From Octopus vulgaris (Eukaryota), in contig OX597826.1 of NCBI GenBank assembly GCA_951406725.2, forward strand, positions 66,836,001 through 66,900,000: a stretch of 64,000 nt of DNA. Direction: 5' to 3'. Positions within the stretch are counted from its first letter, which is position 1. Every line of letters starts with the position of its first letter. The notes under the pieces were generated by a model. The model had not been told where the DNA came from and searched no databases. It saw only the letters and a list, made by a program, of their open reading frames with translations. The translations under genes and the position numbers were made by a program. Shown piece after piece: positions 10,494 to 24,936 of the stretch.

Positions 10494-12097
10494 TACTGTA
10501 TGATATTTCCACGGAGATTCTATTCATCAATGGGTTGAGAATTTACCCATTGCTATGTATTTACCCATTGCTTATGTATTATCAACATGTTTTATTAAAT
10601 TGAGTTCAAATTCTGCCGAGGTCGTCTTTGCCTTTGATCCTTTCGGGATCGATAAATTAAGTACCAGTTGCGCACTGGGGTAGATCTAATCGACTGGCCC
10701 CCCTCCCTCAAAATTTCGGGCATGTGCCTTGAGTAGAAAAGAACATGTTTTATGAAATACGAACACATTTATTAAAAATAGCTTTGGTTACAAGTGATTG
10801 TGGCCCTAACACAGCAGGAGATAAGTAACCGTCTTAAAGTGTTTCAGCAAACAACTTTATCAATTGTGCTCCTAAAATGATAGCGCTAAATATTGATTTT
10901 TAAAACTCATTATCACAGAAGTTCTTGAGCCTCTTGTTTCTTTACATCGTATTAGATACCAAGAAGTAATGTGAGAAAATGCAAATTTTAATGAAGTCGA
11001 GGATGAGATAAGAGTTATAGCAAAGATTAAAAATTTGATAGCTATCAGGGCTTTGTATAAAGGGAAATTTAATTTATGCATAAAGGAGAATTTAATTTAC
11101 TTTTAAATAAAAGTGACTCAATATATAATGGTCTACGAATATACGATGTTGAGTTTTGGCCAACTACTTAAGATGTTTGTTGAATGTTTTAATAAATTCA
11201 GACTACTTTACGATGGAATATGAATTACCTCGTAAAATTTTCCCATAAATGTTTAAACATGGAATATAAATTTCCTCAATTTCATGATTTTGCTTCGCCC
11301 AGTAAAATTGCTTTCCACAGATTTTTCGTTGTATATGAATGAATTTAATATTAAACAGGGTTCTAGGGAAAATCTAATGAAATGATTTTTGGTTTGATCA
11401 AGCGATTTGAGAGTAAATTTTTGATTAAGTAATTGAGAGTAATTTGAGAGTAATATTTCAACGTGGTTTACAAAATGAAAGTTTGTAAATGCTGTTGAAC
11501 ATCTCTGGTGTAGGTAAGGTTGTGTGGTTAAGTAACTCTATTTAGAACCATTTGGTTTCAGGTTCAGTTCCACTACGCAGTACCCAGGGCGAGTCCATTC
11601 TATTACAGTCCCGGACCGATCAGTAATTTTATTCAGCTGAATACACGTCATTGATTGGTTGAAATTACCTATTTCTTTACTACCCACAAAGGGCTAAACA
11701 CATAGAGGACAACCAAGGACAGACAAACAGATTAAGTCGATTATATCGAACCCAGTGCGTAACTGGTACTTATTTAATCGACCCCGAAAGGATGAAAGGC
11801 AAAGTCGTCCTCGGCGGAATTTGAACTCAGAACGTATACCGAAATACTACAAATTTAACGTGAAATGACTTCCTCAATATAAGCTTTTCTTAAAAACGCT
11901 AAGAGTAAAAGAGGCTTTATATGACACATTCTACCAGTGTCCGGAGTTTGAAAGTGCTTAGTTACAAACATTTATTATTTAAATCTGTCAGTCAAAAGGT
12001 AAAGATCCAAAATTTTTACTCCAAATTTCGTGCCTTGTATATTTTCTAAAATCCCTCTACAAGTATTTTCGAAAAATAAAACGTTTCCACCCCTGGA

Positions 12098-12450
12098 GAC
12101 TTCTTTTAGTCTTAGAGAAATACTAAAGAATAGACAACGTTATCCTTCAGTTCGGTATAATCGTAAGAGCGTTGTGACAACGGCACATGACGTTCTGAGT
12201 TCAAATTCCTCCGAAGACTTCTTTTAATTTTAGAGAAATACTAAAGAATAGAAAACGCTATCTTTCAATTCAGCATAATCGTAGGAGTGTTGTGATTGCT
12301 ACACTTGACGTTCTGAGTTCAAATCCCCCCGAAGACTTCTTTTCATTTTAGAGAAATACTAAAGAATAGACAACGTTATCCTTCAATTCGGTATAATCGC
12401 AAGAATATTGTGACTGCGGCACTTGACGTTCTGATTTCAAATCCCTCCAG
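12098..12450 (+). repeat. Three tandem 118-bp units containing a SINE A B-box segment
   Basis: Units start at 12098, 12216 and 12334. Confidence 0.85.
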
Positions 12451-13855
12451 GGTCAACTCTGCTTTTCATCCGACCAGGATCGAATAAAGTACCAACAAAA
12501 TACTAATAGACTGTTCCCATTCCTTAAATTTTAGATTCTGTGTTTATGAAAGTTATCAGTTTTAAAATTTTCCTACTTCTTTCTGGTCGATTATCATATT
12601 TGGAAGTTATCCAGAGACCGAAATTAAAAGTTAAAAAAAACCCATCTTCAATAACAAGTTACATGATTGTTTACGAATCTAACCACCTTTACTAACTCCA
12701 TTATCGTCGACACCATTAATACCATTGTCAGCAACGACGCAATCATCTCTAACAACAGCAGGATAATGATTCACTGCATCACTCTCACCACTGTCCTTAC
12801 CGACACCACCACAACAATCCTCACTGCCACCACAACCATTATCATCCCCACCACCATCAACATTATCACATCTACCACGATCACTGACTCCACCACAACC
12901 ACAACTACAAAGTCCCCTCCACCACCATCACCACGGCCAATACTAGCACCAACACTACTAATGGTAGCATCAATACCATCATTATCACAATCATCATCAT
13001 CAGCAGCAGCAGCAGCAAGTTTCTTCAGCAGCATACTCATCGGCACCACCACCACCAGCCGCACCACCACCAGCAGCACCACCACCACCACTACGAATGC
13101 CTCATCCTCCTACTGCCACCAGAACACGGTCGTACTACCAAACTATCATTACCCCTACTGAAACCACATCCACCATCACCGACACCACCGTCCCCCACCG
13201 TCGACCACCGCCCTCCCTCCCCAACCGTCGACCACCACCACCACCACCGCCACCGCCGCCACCGCTACCGTCACTAACACTACATTAGATCATACATCGA
13301 TACATAATACATACATATACGTATCAATACATTGTCATATTGATATCGCCATTGATTTGTGGAAAATATTTTCTCATTCTGGATAATTTAATTAACTGGA
13401 TAATTTAATTAATGAGGCTGTTCATTGAAACGAACACAAATGTGTAGACAATACAGTGTGTACATAGAAGTAAGTAGCCGTCACTCGCGAGCGAGTTTGA
13501 CCCGATAGTTTATACCAAGCTTTCACTAGCTTCATGTAGGTACGTGGTGCTGGTGGGTGAGGGGACATAGAAAACCTCTCCGAATCCCCGGCGGAACCTC
13601 GGGGAGATGACAAGAGTGGATGGCATCAGTATACTTGGATAGTATTTCTTTTTCAGCTGAATAGATTCGTGTAATGTGAGGTGGAGTAACTTGCTTAACG
13701 ATACAGCGCGCTGCTTGGTCAAGGAATCGAAACCATGACCTTAGGATCGTGTGTCCAACACTCTATCCACGCTATTAAACTTGTGGTTGTGTGTGTGGGG
13801 GCATGTATGTATGTATGAATGTATGTATGTATATATGCATGCATGCCTGTATGTA

Positions 13856-13910
<55 letters not shown>

Positions 13911-16239
13911 TATATACACAGACACAGACACACACACACACATATATATATACATACATTGTGTGTATGTGTACGGGATGTTTAAGGTTGGAATGCTTTT
14001 ATTGATAGTATTCTAAATAAAATTTTCTGGTTCCTTAAAATCGACAACTGGTCATGGTTGGAAAGCTGCAATAATACTGAAAATCTTGCGCACTTAAATG
14101 ACGCAAAATTTTAGAACATGCGCAAAATCCTAGAGGAACATCTCGAAAATTTCGTGGTTTCACGCTGTAAAGTCCGGAAGCCTCGAAGTGTGTGGACGTA
14201 GTGAATGGGCTCCAGAGAGTTTCATCTGTTCCATTGTGGGTTAGCATCGATTGATGAGACACAGAACGAGACCGAAACTCGGCCGTTTCTCGATGTTTCT
14301 TCACAACAATGAGCCAGGGAATAACGTGTGCTACGAACAATCATTGCGTAAGTAGAGAAGGCCATCACAGCTCTTGAAAATGAACAACGCTCAGATATTC
14401 AGTTTCGAATTACCAGAATGTATTAAGAATGTACAGCTACGTTATTGTTTCGATTCTCGATGCTTTGCATACCGCATTGGTTCCCGACCATGGTCCATAT
14501 GACCCTACGGATTTTGTTGTTAAAACTCATGTGCAATAAATTGCTTTATACTTCTACACTATACGAAATATGTTAACAATATTTTATTCTATTTCTAATA
14601 ATATATATTTACGAGCAAAACGCCCCCCGTCCAATGGACGGTGCTGAGTTGTCAAACATTTAAACCAAATTTTCTCAAAACAACTTGTCCGACCGTCCCA
14701 TAGGCCTCCCCTTTGAGAAACACTGATTTAACCTAAATTTGAGACACCAGCAAAAGAAGAAATAAAGATAGACTTTTTTTCTATTCCAAAGAAAAACGAT
14801 TTTATTCACACAAATATGCAACCGAAGAGTTTAAAGTACCAGTAATGATAAGGCTGTTAACTGGGAGAACACAAACATGGTTTAAATAGTAAGCTTGGCA
14901 GGAAAGAAACGTGCCTTTAATTGATTTTTGTAATTTTGGAATCGATTGTTGTAATTTTTTCAAGACTTATATACCGTCGATATCTACATATCAAATTTGA
15001 GCGCAATCGGATGGAGGATGCCCGAGATCCTAGAAGACACACACAAAGACAGAACGGATTTTATAAAATAGATAAAAAATATAAGAGGATTTTTTAAACA
15101 TCAAACGGCTATGATGGTCCAAGCGAGTAAAAGAGAGATCAAAGGGATCCATAGGTAAATAATGATTGAGAACCACTGGTATACACCCTTGAATAGTTGT
15201 TTTTGTTAGTTTTGGATAAAATCCGTTTTGGAAATCTGACCGATCTGTTTCACGAGTCGTCATCGTTTTTCGTACCCACAGATTCTTTGCAATTTAGCGA
15301 GTTTCTCTTGTTTCAGGTAATTTTTGAATTCGGAAACTTCGTCTTTATTATATTTCTATAGCATTTGTCTCTCCCTATTTATTACTTGTTATTTCGCTTC
15401 TGATTCAATCAAGAACCGAGAAACCTATTTTCACTTTTCTTTGTAGATCTGTCTTCCAAGTTGTTTGAGTTTTCTATATTCGTATATGAATAGAAACGAG
15501 GGAGTAATCCAATTTCCTTTGTAATTACAATGGTTGTTCCATTTATTATTTCGCTTAACCTTGTGATATTGATGTACGTGCCTCGTCTTACAAGCCTCTG
15601 ATGATCAGGGTTTTTTTTCCCCATTATTGCTGTCTCCTCTCCCGAGTTTTATACTTGAAAATCCTCTCCTTACTTCATAGATATTATAATAATTATAACA
15701 CTGGAAATATTCCAACTTTAAAATTGCCATGTTCATGATACCTCGCTTTAAAACTGTTATTTGTAAATTTTACTCCAATTCGATTTCGTTTATATTTTAA
15801 TATACATTTTCTCTTCCCGGTTTTGTTGTATTCAGTAAGTATTTGGATTTCTTCTTTCGATATTTGCTTTGCTTTTCATATATTTTAAAAAAAATTTGAT
15901 TTATGATCCCAATGCTCTCTTTCCTTCTGTTCATCGATTCGTGTTCCTTCTGCTTTCGTTATATAATATTTCTTTGTGAAGATTCGTGGCTTAGTGATTA
16001 GAGTGTTGCACTCATGATCTTAAGATTGTAGTTTCGACTTTCGAATCGGGCGGTGCGATGTGGTCTTGAGAAAAACACTTAATTTCACACTGCTTCTGTC
16101 CACCCAACTGTAAATGAGTTTTAGCAATAGCTTGGAAGTAAACTCTGTGACCGATTTCCCATTCAGCAACATTCCTTATAAATAAGATGACGAGGTGGCG
16201 GAATCATTAGTGTCCCGGACACGTGATTAATGATATTTG

Positions 16240-16710
16240 TTTCTTTATTACCCACAAGGGGCTAAACATAGAGGGGACAACCAATAACAGACAAACGGAT
16301 AAAGTCGATTATATCGATTCCAGTGCGTAACTGGTACTTATTTAATCGACCCCAAAAGAATGAAAGGCAAAGTCGACCTCGGCGGAATTTGAACTCAGAA
16401 CGTAACGGTAGACGAAATACCGCAAAGCATTTCGCCCGGCGTGCTAACGTTTCCGCCAGCTCGCCGCCTTAAATTCTTATTTCTTTATTGCCCACAAGGG
16501 GCTAAACATAGAGAGGACAAACAAGGACAGACAAACGGATTAAGTCAATTACATCGACTCCAGTGCGGAACTGGTACTTATTTTATCGACCCCGATAGGA
16601 TGAAAGGCAAAGTCGACCTCGGCGGAATTTGATCTCAGAACGTAGCGGCAGACGAAATACTGCTAAGCATTTCGCCCGACGTGCTAACATTTCTGCCAGC
16701 TCGCCGCCTT
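16240..16710 (-). mobile_element. SINE A dimer
   Basis: Two full-length long-tail copies, head to tail. Confidence 0.85.
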
Positions 16711-17140
16711 ATGCTGCTAAAGTCTATAACCACTACAATGTAATTGACTTGCTTCCTGTTCCCAAAACTGTTAGTCTTGTACCAAAAGTCGAAACCAATA
16801 TTTCTTTTAAGTTCTTCTATTTAGATTTCAAATGTTTTTGATTTTCAAAGTATATCTCCTTAAGTTAACTATTTTGTTGAGGTTCAGTATTTGACATAAA
16901 ACCTTAACGTTACGTTTAAAACCCATCTTTAATTTCTATGCGAGTTTATTGTGCTTTTCTTTCAAGGAGACAGTGTGTCGGCTGTAAAATGTGTATGTAG
17001 AAAAACAATTCCTCTCACATCCATTCATCTATCTTTGGCTTTATTTGCGAGATTGACGCATAACGACCGCGCATATTGGATGAAAATCAATTTATTCATT
17101 TCTGGCCATTTCAAATTTTGCAGTTTCCATTTTCCCTACT

Positions 17141-17395
17141 GTGGAGCCACGTGGCTTAGTGGTTAGGGTGTCAGCATCATGATCGTAAGATTGTGGTTTC
17201 GATTCCTGGACCAGACGACGCATTGTGTTCTTGAGCAAATCACTTCATTTCACGTTGCTCCAGTTCACTCAGCTGGCAAAAATGAGTAACGCTGAGATGG
17301 ACTGGCGTCCCGTCCAGCTGGGGAGCACATACGACATTGAAACCGAGAAACCGGGCCCATGAGCCTGGCTAGGCTTTAAAAGGGCGCATTTATTT
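17141..17395 (+). mobile_element. tRNA-derived SINE, head D + tail Y
   Basis: Head D followed by GATGGACTGGCGTCCCGTCCAG (V-SINE-like segment); near-identical to 59985-60235 (-). Confidence 0.8.
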
Positions 17396-17900
17396 ATTTA
17401 AAAAATTTTCCCTACTAATCATCGTATGTATTATATATTCGAAGAACTCATTCCCCTATTGTCCTTAGACTTGATTTGAAGGCAGTGGATTAATACGAGA
17501 AACGTAGAAACATTGGAAAGAAGGTAAAATGCCCTGCGGCATTTAGTTCCGATGAAGAGTAAAGTCAAACTCGGTTGGATTTGAACTCAGAACGTAAAAG
17601 CGGACGAAATGCAACTATACGTTTCGTCCGGCGTGCTAACGATTCTGCGAGCTCGCTGCCAGAATATTAATGATAATAAACCTTTCTTCTATAGGCACAA
17701 GGCTTGAAATTTCGCGGGAGGGGGACTAGTCGACTACATCGACACCAGTGCTTCACTGACATTTCTTTTATCGATGACCAAAGGATGAACAGTAAGGTCG
17801 ACCTCGGCGTAAGTTGAACTCAGAACGTAAAACGGGCGAAATGCCGCAAAGCATTATGACCGGCCCCGCATGCTAACGAGTCTGCCAGCTCACCGCCATA

Positions 17901-17935
<35 letters not shown>

Positions 17936-17938
17936 TAT

Positions 17939-17984
<46 letters not shown>

Positions 17985-18066
17985 AACTACTACTACTACT
18001 ACGACGACGACGACGACTACTACTACAACTACTACTACGACTACTACTACTGCTGCTGCTGCTGCA

Positions 18067-18113
<47 letters not shown>

Positions 18114-18114
18114 C

Positions 18115-18145
<31 letters not shown>

Positions 18146-18624
18146 AAGATGACGATGATGATGATGATAATGATGATGAGCGGAATGATGCGGTTTTATT
18201 TGTGTGGTTTATATGTTTTTTTGTATATTTTTTTGCAGCTGGAACGGCGGAATCGGCCTGGTGTGGCTCTAAACCGTGCTCTGGTGGTTTGTTTACACGG
18301 TTTATCACATTACCGACAATAATGAACACTCGTAGTTTCATTTATTATCATATAAAGCAATGCTCGATAAATTTTACAAGTATTACGTATACAATTATTC
18401 TTCAACAACATTTTTGTCATCATTTTTTACGATTTGTTACGCTATTTATTTTTTAACGTCGTTATTGGATATTATTTTCGTAGCAGACAGCTGATGATAA
18501 TGTAGATGTTGTTTTAGTAGTTGCCGTTAGTAACTATTATTATTAATATAATCATTCTCCCCATCAACATCATCATCATCGTCATCACCATTATCATCAT
18601 CATCATCATCATCATCATCATTAT

Positions 18625-19340
18625 ATGAAAGAGCAACGCATGCCATCAAAGTGACGCTGGGGGTACAAATATACGAATCCCAATATACCTATCGTTACAA
18701 CCCGTTTGATAAGGGTACACCAGGCACATACACACACTAGCATAGCTGGGATAGGCAATAAGGGCGGTCCGGCCCGGGCTGCACTTTTAGAAGGGCACCA
18801 CTTTTGGGTCCACTGTAGGTAATATATGATTTTTGTAGTGTCCGGGGGCGGCAAAAAGAAGGGCTGTCCCAAGCGGCACACACTTTAGTTACGCAAGTGC
18901 ATGCACCACAACCATATGTGCGCGTCATGGTGACTTAATATCAAAATAAACAGCACATGACCCTGCAGGTGGAGCCCAGTTAGAATTTTCTTCAGGTCGA
19001 GTGACCAATCCTGCTTAAAAGGTTTCTGAATAAGGTTTGTTTAAAGATAAATAAAACACTGATGCCTCCAGAGGGGAATTATGCAAACCCCAAACAATTC
19101 CTCTCAACACATGGCTATGATGCTCCCCCCCCCACTACTTCTACTTATGTTCAGACATGCATTTATCGTTAGCCATTAACTGTTTAAGGTGAGGCAACTG
19201 ACAAACAAATCTGTGGTATTGAGCAGAATATTTGCTGTAGCCCATCTTTTATACCAAGACAAAACAATGTACATGATAACACTTCCAATCAGTTAAGATC
19301 AAAAGCCATGAGAGCCACTGCCTGTTACTACATCAGAGCA
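18625..19340. mobile_element. Unclassified interspersed repeat E, interrupted by a MITE
   Basis: Homologous to 20284-20620; both copies abut trinucleotide microsatellites. Confidence 0.7.
18735..18899. mobile_element. hAT-like MITE
   Basis: TIR CACTAGCATAGCT / AGTTACGCAAGTG; imperfect 8-bp TSD CATACACA/CATGCACC; absent from the paralogous copy at about 20385. Confidence 0.65.
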
Positions 19341-19655
19341 CTTATATATCTATTCATTAGTTATCATCATTAGTATTCTGGCCTTGTGCTAAAGTTGAAG
19401 TTATCATTATCATTAATTTCGATGTTCGATAAATAAAGTAAAGGCGGCGAGCTAGCAGAATCTTTAGCACGCCGGGCGAAATGCTTAACAGTATTTCGTC
19501 TGCCGCTACGTTCTGAGTTCAAATTCCACTGAGGTCGACTGTGCCTTTCATCCTTTCGGGGTCGATAAATTATGTACCAGTGAAACACTGGAGTCGATGT
19601 AATCGACTAGTCTCCTTCCGCAAAATGTCAGGTCTTGTACCTATAGTAGAAAGGA

Positions 19656-19686
<31 letters not shown>

Positions 19687-19701
19687 AATTATTATTATTA
19701 A

Positions 19702-19766
<65 letters not shown>

Positions 19767-20231
19767 GTGCGCGGGCTACCAATCCCAAGATTCCGAGTTC
19801 GATTCCAGGCAGTGACATGATCAGTGGTTTCATTTTGTTGTTGGCATACACGACATGTTGACCTACTGCAGTTCTTTAATATGTTGGCCTGGTAGTTCTA
19901 TTGATCTTGTGGCAGGACTCCATTTTTTCGAGATTCTTCTTCTTCTTCTTCTTCTTCTTCTTCTTCTTCTTCTTCTTCTTCTTCTTCTTCTTCTTCTTCT
20001 TCTTCTTCTTCTCCTCCTCCTTCTTCTTCAGGCTGCGTGCAGCAGAACCGTTAGCACGCCGGACAAAATGCTTAGCTGCATTTAGTCTGTCTTAATACTT
20101 TGAAGTTCAAATTCCGCCGAGTAGATATTACCGTTCATGCAATCAAGGTCAAGAATATAAGTATCACTTGAGCACTGAGGTCAATGAAATCGATTTACCT
20201 CTTCCCCCCAAATTGCTGGACTAGTGGGAAA

Positions 20232-20281
<50 letters not shown>

Positions 20282-20283
20282 GA

Positions 20284-20620
20284 TTGAGTGAGAGAGCAGT
20301 GCATGCCATCAAAGTGACACTGGGGTAAAATATACGAAGTCCAGTATACCCATCATGACTACCCGTCTGATAAGGGTACACCAAGCACATGCATCACAAC
20401 CATGTGTGCGCGACATTGTGATCTCATATCAAGATAAAGAGCACATGACCTTGCAGGTGGGGCCCAGTTAGAATTTTCTTCTGGTCGAGTAGACCATCTT
20501 GCTCAAAAGGTCATTGAATAAGGATTGTTTAAGGATGTTGAATAAAACACCCATGTTTCCAAATGTGAATTATCCAAACCTCAAAGAATTCCTTTCAAAA
20601 CACGGCTATGATGCTCCCGC
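20284..20620. mobile_element. Repeat E, second copy
   Basis: Direct similarity to 18625-19135. Confidence 0.7.
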
Positions 20621-20622
20621 AC

Positions 20623-20687
<65 letters not shown>

Positions 20688-20955
20688 GATGTTGTTGCTG
20701 TTGTTTTTGCTTTTGTTATGATTACTGTTAAAGGTGACGAGGTGGCAGTATCATTACAGTATCGGAAAAATAAGGCGTGCTGTATTTGTTCCGGCTCTTT
20801 ATGTTCTGGGTTCAATTCCCGCTAAGGTCAGCTTTCCTTTTCATTCATTTATTTTTTGTAGGATCGATGAAAGAAGTAACGGTTGTGCAATAGGATCAAT
20901 GCGAACGATTTACTCCTCCTCCTAAATTCGCTTGGCCTTATTGCAAAATTGAAAC

Positions 20956-21024
<69 letters not shown>

Positions 21025-21237
21025 AGGCAGCAAGTTAGCACAATCGTTAGAGTATCGGAAAAAAAAACGTCTTGCGTTATTTGTTCCGGCTCTTACGCTC
21101 TGAGTTCAAATCTGCCGAGGTCACATTTGCCTTTCATCCTTTCGGGGATCGATAGAATTAAGTAGGAGTCAAATATTGACGTTGATGATATCGAATTGCC
21201 CCACTCGAAAATTGCTGTCTTGTGCATAAATCACAAA

Positions 21238-21316
<79 letters not shown>

Positions 21317-21363
21317 TATTATTATCATTCATTATCATCAACATCTTCATCGCCACTACTACA

Positions 21364-21433
<70 letters not shown>

Positions 21434-21799
21434 GCCATGAACGGACGCGTTCATAGATCCCCCTGTGAGGATGGAATCCTTCCAGGATTACTTTAATGGA
21501 AAAAAATTTGTTTATTTCCCATTTGAATTGGAAAACTGATAACAAAAGGCTTTTGGAATTATTAGGGCTCCATCACATTCCGTGGGGGAATAAAGGATCG
21601 TCTTTGACATTGATTCTTTTTAATGTGTGAGCGTACTTCTGGCAAGCAGCCATTTGCAGTGTTGTTCATGTTTCAAAATGGCTACATCAATGGTATTAGA
21701 GAGCAGTTGTCACAGTCGTTGAAATAGTCTCAATGACACAAAAATACTAAATTACACTTCAGAATTTTTGTATTTTTAAAAAATCCACGGTTACGCTTA

Positions 21800-22290
21800 T
21801 AAAAATAAAGATGACATAGTAATTGATGGAATCGTGAAGCAAATACAAGCAGTTCTCTTATACGGTAGAAAGGGAGATGAAACAAAGTTGAAACGTTAAT
21901 TTAAATGAGTAAAATGAACGGCACAAATGATAATCAGTATTCTTTTACAAAAGTTAGGGGCCACAGGGAAGAATTATACGTGATACAGTTTACTGGAAAG
22001 GAAAATATATTTCTTGATGGGTTACGTTGCAAAAAGAAGTACCTCCTTGCTTGAAAATTTTCCTTGTAAATCGACAAAGAAATAGTGACATATACTCTTT
22101 ACTCTTTTAGTTGTTTCAGTCATTTGACGGCGGCCATGCTGGAGCACCGCCTTTAGTCGAGCAAATTGACCTCCAGGAATTATTCCTTGTAAGCCTACTA
22201 TTTATTCTATCGGTCTCTTTTGCCGAACCACTAAGTTACACCAGCATCGGTTGTCAAGCAATATTGGGGGACAAACACAGCCATACAAAC

Positions 22291-22361
<71 letters not shown>

Positions 22362-23250
22362 TATGACGGGCTTCTTTCAGTTTCCATCTACCAAATCCTC
22401 TCACAAGGCTTTGGTCAGCCCGAGGCTATAGTAGAAGACACTTGCCCAAGGTGTCACGCAGAGGGACTGAACCCGGAAACCATGTGGTTGGTAAACAAGC
22501 TTGTTACCACACAGCCAATCCTGCGCCTATGTCAGTTTGTTTTAAAACAAAGTAAATTTATACATACTTTCGAAGAAACTTATGTGTCATGTCTTTGGCT
22601 TATGCGTGACAAGATGTATACTTCTTCGATATAGCAAATGCATATCATATTGAGCACAGCGAATGCGAACGTGTGTTTCACCTTTAAGACTGGGAATCAG
22701 GCGAGGAAACAAGAAGAGCTGGTGCTTCCGTACTTGAACACAAGATGATGCTGCAGTATAGAAATCATAGAAATACGAGCACTGAAGCGGATGTAGATTC
22801 CTCGGCATTACAGGAGTAAAAAGGAGTCAGACTGATGGTGCAGTGGCCCAGTTGGCAAAAAAAAAAGAAAAAATCCAGTTGTTGCATTGCTAGGATGGAG
22901 TTCTTGCGAGAATTTTGTACAGAAGGGAAGACTTAAAAAGAATATTAAAGCACAAAGGCGAAAAATGACAGCTGTTACCGTATCACTAGCGGACATTGCT
23001 CAGAGGATAGTCGGAATAAGAAAAGGAACTCATGTCATTGACTTATCTTGCGGTCCTGGAACTGGCGGACGAAGAAAAGCGGGTACAAAGAAAAGAGGGT
23101 GCTACCATCTGCCCAGCACAGAAACGGGATCAGAGGAGCTACACAGCAGTTCAAACATATTTGTGAAAATAAAACGAGGAAACGTGAAGACCATCGGAAA
23201 AAGCAAAAAGAGAAAGACGGAGTTACGAGGTACGAATTGATTCTATAGAG
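21800..23250 (+). mobile_element. Possible piggyBac transposase fossil
   Basis: Weak ordered motifs only: MLQYRNHRNTSTEAD..HYRSKKESD*W (cf. YNxHMGGVDxxD..YR...KW) and YHLP..QRS (cf. GHxP..RRC). Confidence 0.3.
22092..22530 (-). mobile_element. SINE family B
   Basis: Reverse complement of 5546-5990. Confidence 0.85.
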
Positions 23251-23655
23251 TAGTTGAGTGCTGAAAATTTCCCATAAGAAATAATTTGTTTTTCAGTCAT
23301 GTTTGAATCTCACAGTTATCATAAGTTATAGCGAGGAAAGCTAAATAGAATTATTGAAGAAGCTACAAAGGAACAGATAATATTGTGGTGATTGAGAAAG
23401 GGGTATAGAGTGAATTCAAAATGTCCAACTTATAATTGTTGGTGAAGCCATATCAATAATCTTTGAATAGTTATTTGAACGCTCATGCAGAAAATATGGT
23501 GGGGAATTCGCGGTTCGCACTGAACTGCATTATATTCACTTCTGAATTTAGAAAGACACAGTTGGATTGGATCAGTTCTTTGAATCTCACATATTTTCCA
23601 TATTGTGTTAGGATATTCCCTCATTCCCGCACAGTTGTATATGTATGTATGCATG

Positions 23656-23736
<81 letters not shown>

Positions 23737-23821
23737 GTAAACAGTAAAAATAAATACAGACATGGACAAGAACATGAAACACCAAAGAGACGACACAAGA
23801 ACCACAGGACGGGACATTCGA

Positions 23822-23887
23822 AGCCCTCAGTCATCAGTCAAGAACCAGATCATCTTCGCAATTTCGGCTGATTAATCTTGAGATTGC
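23822..23887 (-). ncRNA. Candidate non-circularly permuted hammerhead ribozyme (copy 1), in a (TA)n-flanked element at about 23736-23939
   Basis: Minus strand reads GCAA-UC-UCAAGA-uuaauc-AGCC-GAAA-UUGC-14 nt-UCUUGA-CUGAUGA-cugag-GGCU. Confidence 0.55.
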
Positions 23888-23935
23888 TCCGATCTGGGCA
23901 GCCCCCAAGGGAAATCTAAGCCAAGCGCATTAGTT

Positions 23936-23965
<30 letters not shown>

Positions 23966-23966
<1 letters not shown>

Positions 23967-24350
23967 GGCTGTGTGGTAAGTAGCTTGCTTACCAGCCACA
24001 TAGTTCCGGGTTCAGTCCCTCTGTGTGGCACCTTGGGAAAGTGTCTTCTACTATAGCCTCGAGCCGACCAAAGCCTTGTGAGTGAATTTGATTGACGGAA
24101 TCTAAAAGAAGCCAGTCGTATATATATATGTATGTCTGTGTGTATGTTTGTGTGCCTGTATTTGTCCCCCCAACATCGCTTGATAACCGATGCTGGTGTG
24201 TTTACGTCCCCGTTACTTAGCGGTTCGGCAAAAGAGACCAATAGAATAAGTTCTAGGCATTCAAAAAAATAAGTCCTGGAGTCGATTTGTTCGACTAAAG
24301 GCGGTGCTCCAGCATGGCCGCAGTCAAATGCCTGAAACAAATAAAAGAAT
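23966..24350 (+). mobile_element. SINE family B
   Basis: Similarity to 5546-5990. Confidence 0.85.
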
Positions 24351-24707
24351 ATATACATATGTGTGTGTGGGTAGGGGGGGGGTGTACTTGATTGTATGTC
24401 TACAGTCCTACACGTTTGTAACCCATGTTTTTGTACGGCATGTTTTGGCTGAAATAGTTATCGTATTGTATGGCCCAATAAAGACATCATTCTTTTTCTC
24501 TTTCCTCTTCTTCGAACACCATCAAAATTACTACAACAACAACAACAACAGCTAATGATAATAATAATAATAATAATAATAACAATAATAATAATAATGA
24601 TAATAATACTACTACTACTACTAATAATAATAATAATAATAATAATGATGATGATGATGATGATGATGATGATGGTGATAATAATAATAATAATGATAAT
24701 AATAATA

Positions 24708-24821
<114 letters not shown>

Positions 24822-24873
24822 CACCATCATCATCATCATCATCATCATCATTATTATTATTATTATTATTATC

Positions 24874-24936
<63 letters not shown>

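Larger units (their letters stand above)
9540..11450 (+). mobile_element. hAT (SPIN/Charlie/GTF2IRD2-type) transposase fossil, interrupted
   Basis: Frameshifted motifs in order: AK*KTPTSGEFI (cf. KPFTDGEFI), TSDCGPNTAG (cf. TTDGAP), LHRIRYQEVM (cf. HCIIHQE), IAKIKNLIAIRAL, FPQFHD..IAF-TDFSLYMNEFNIK-QG, FGLIKRFESK. Confidence 0.65.
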
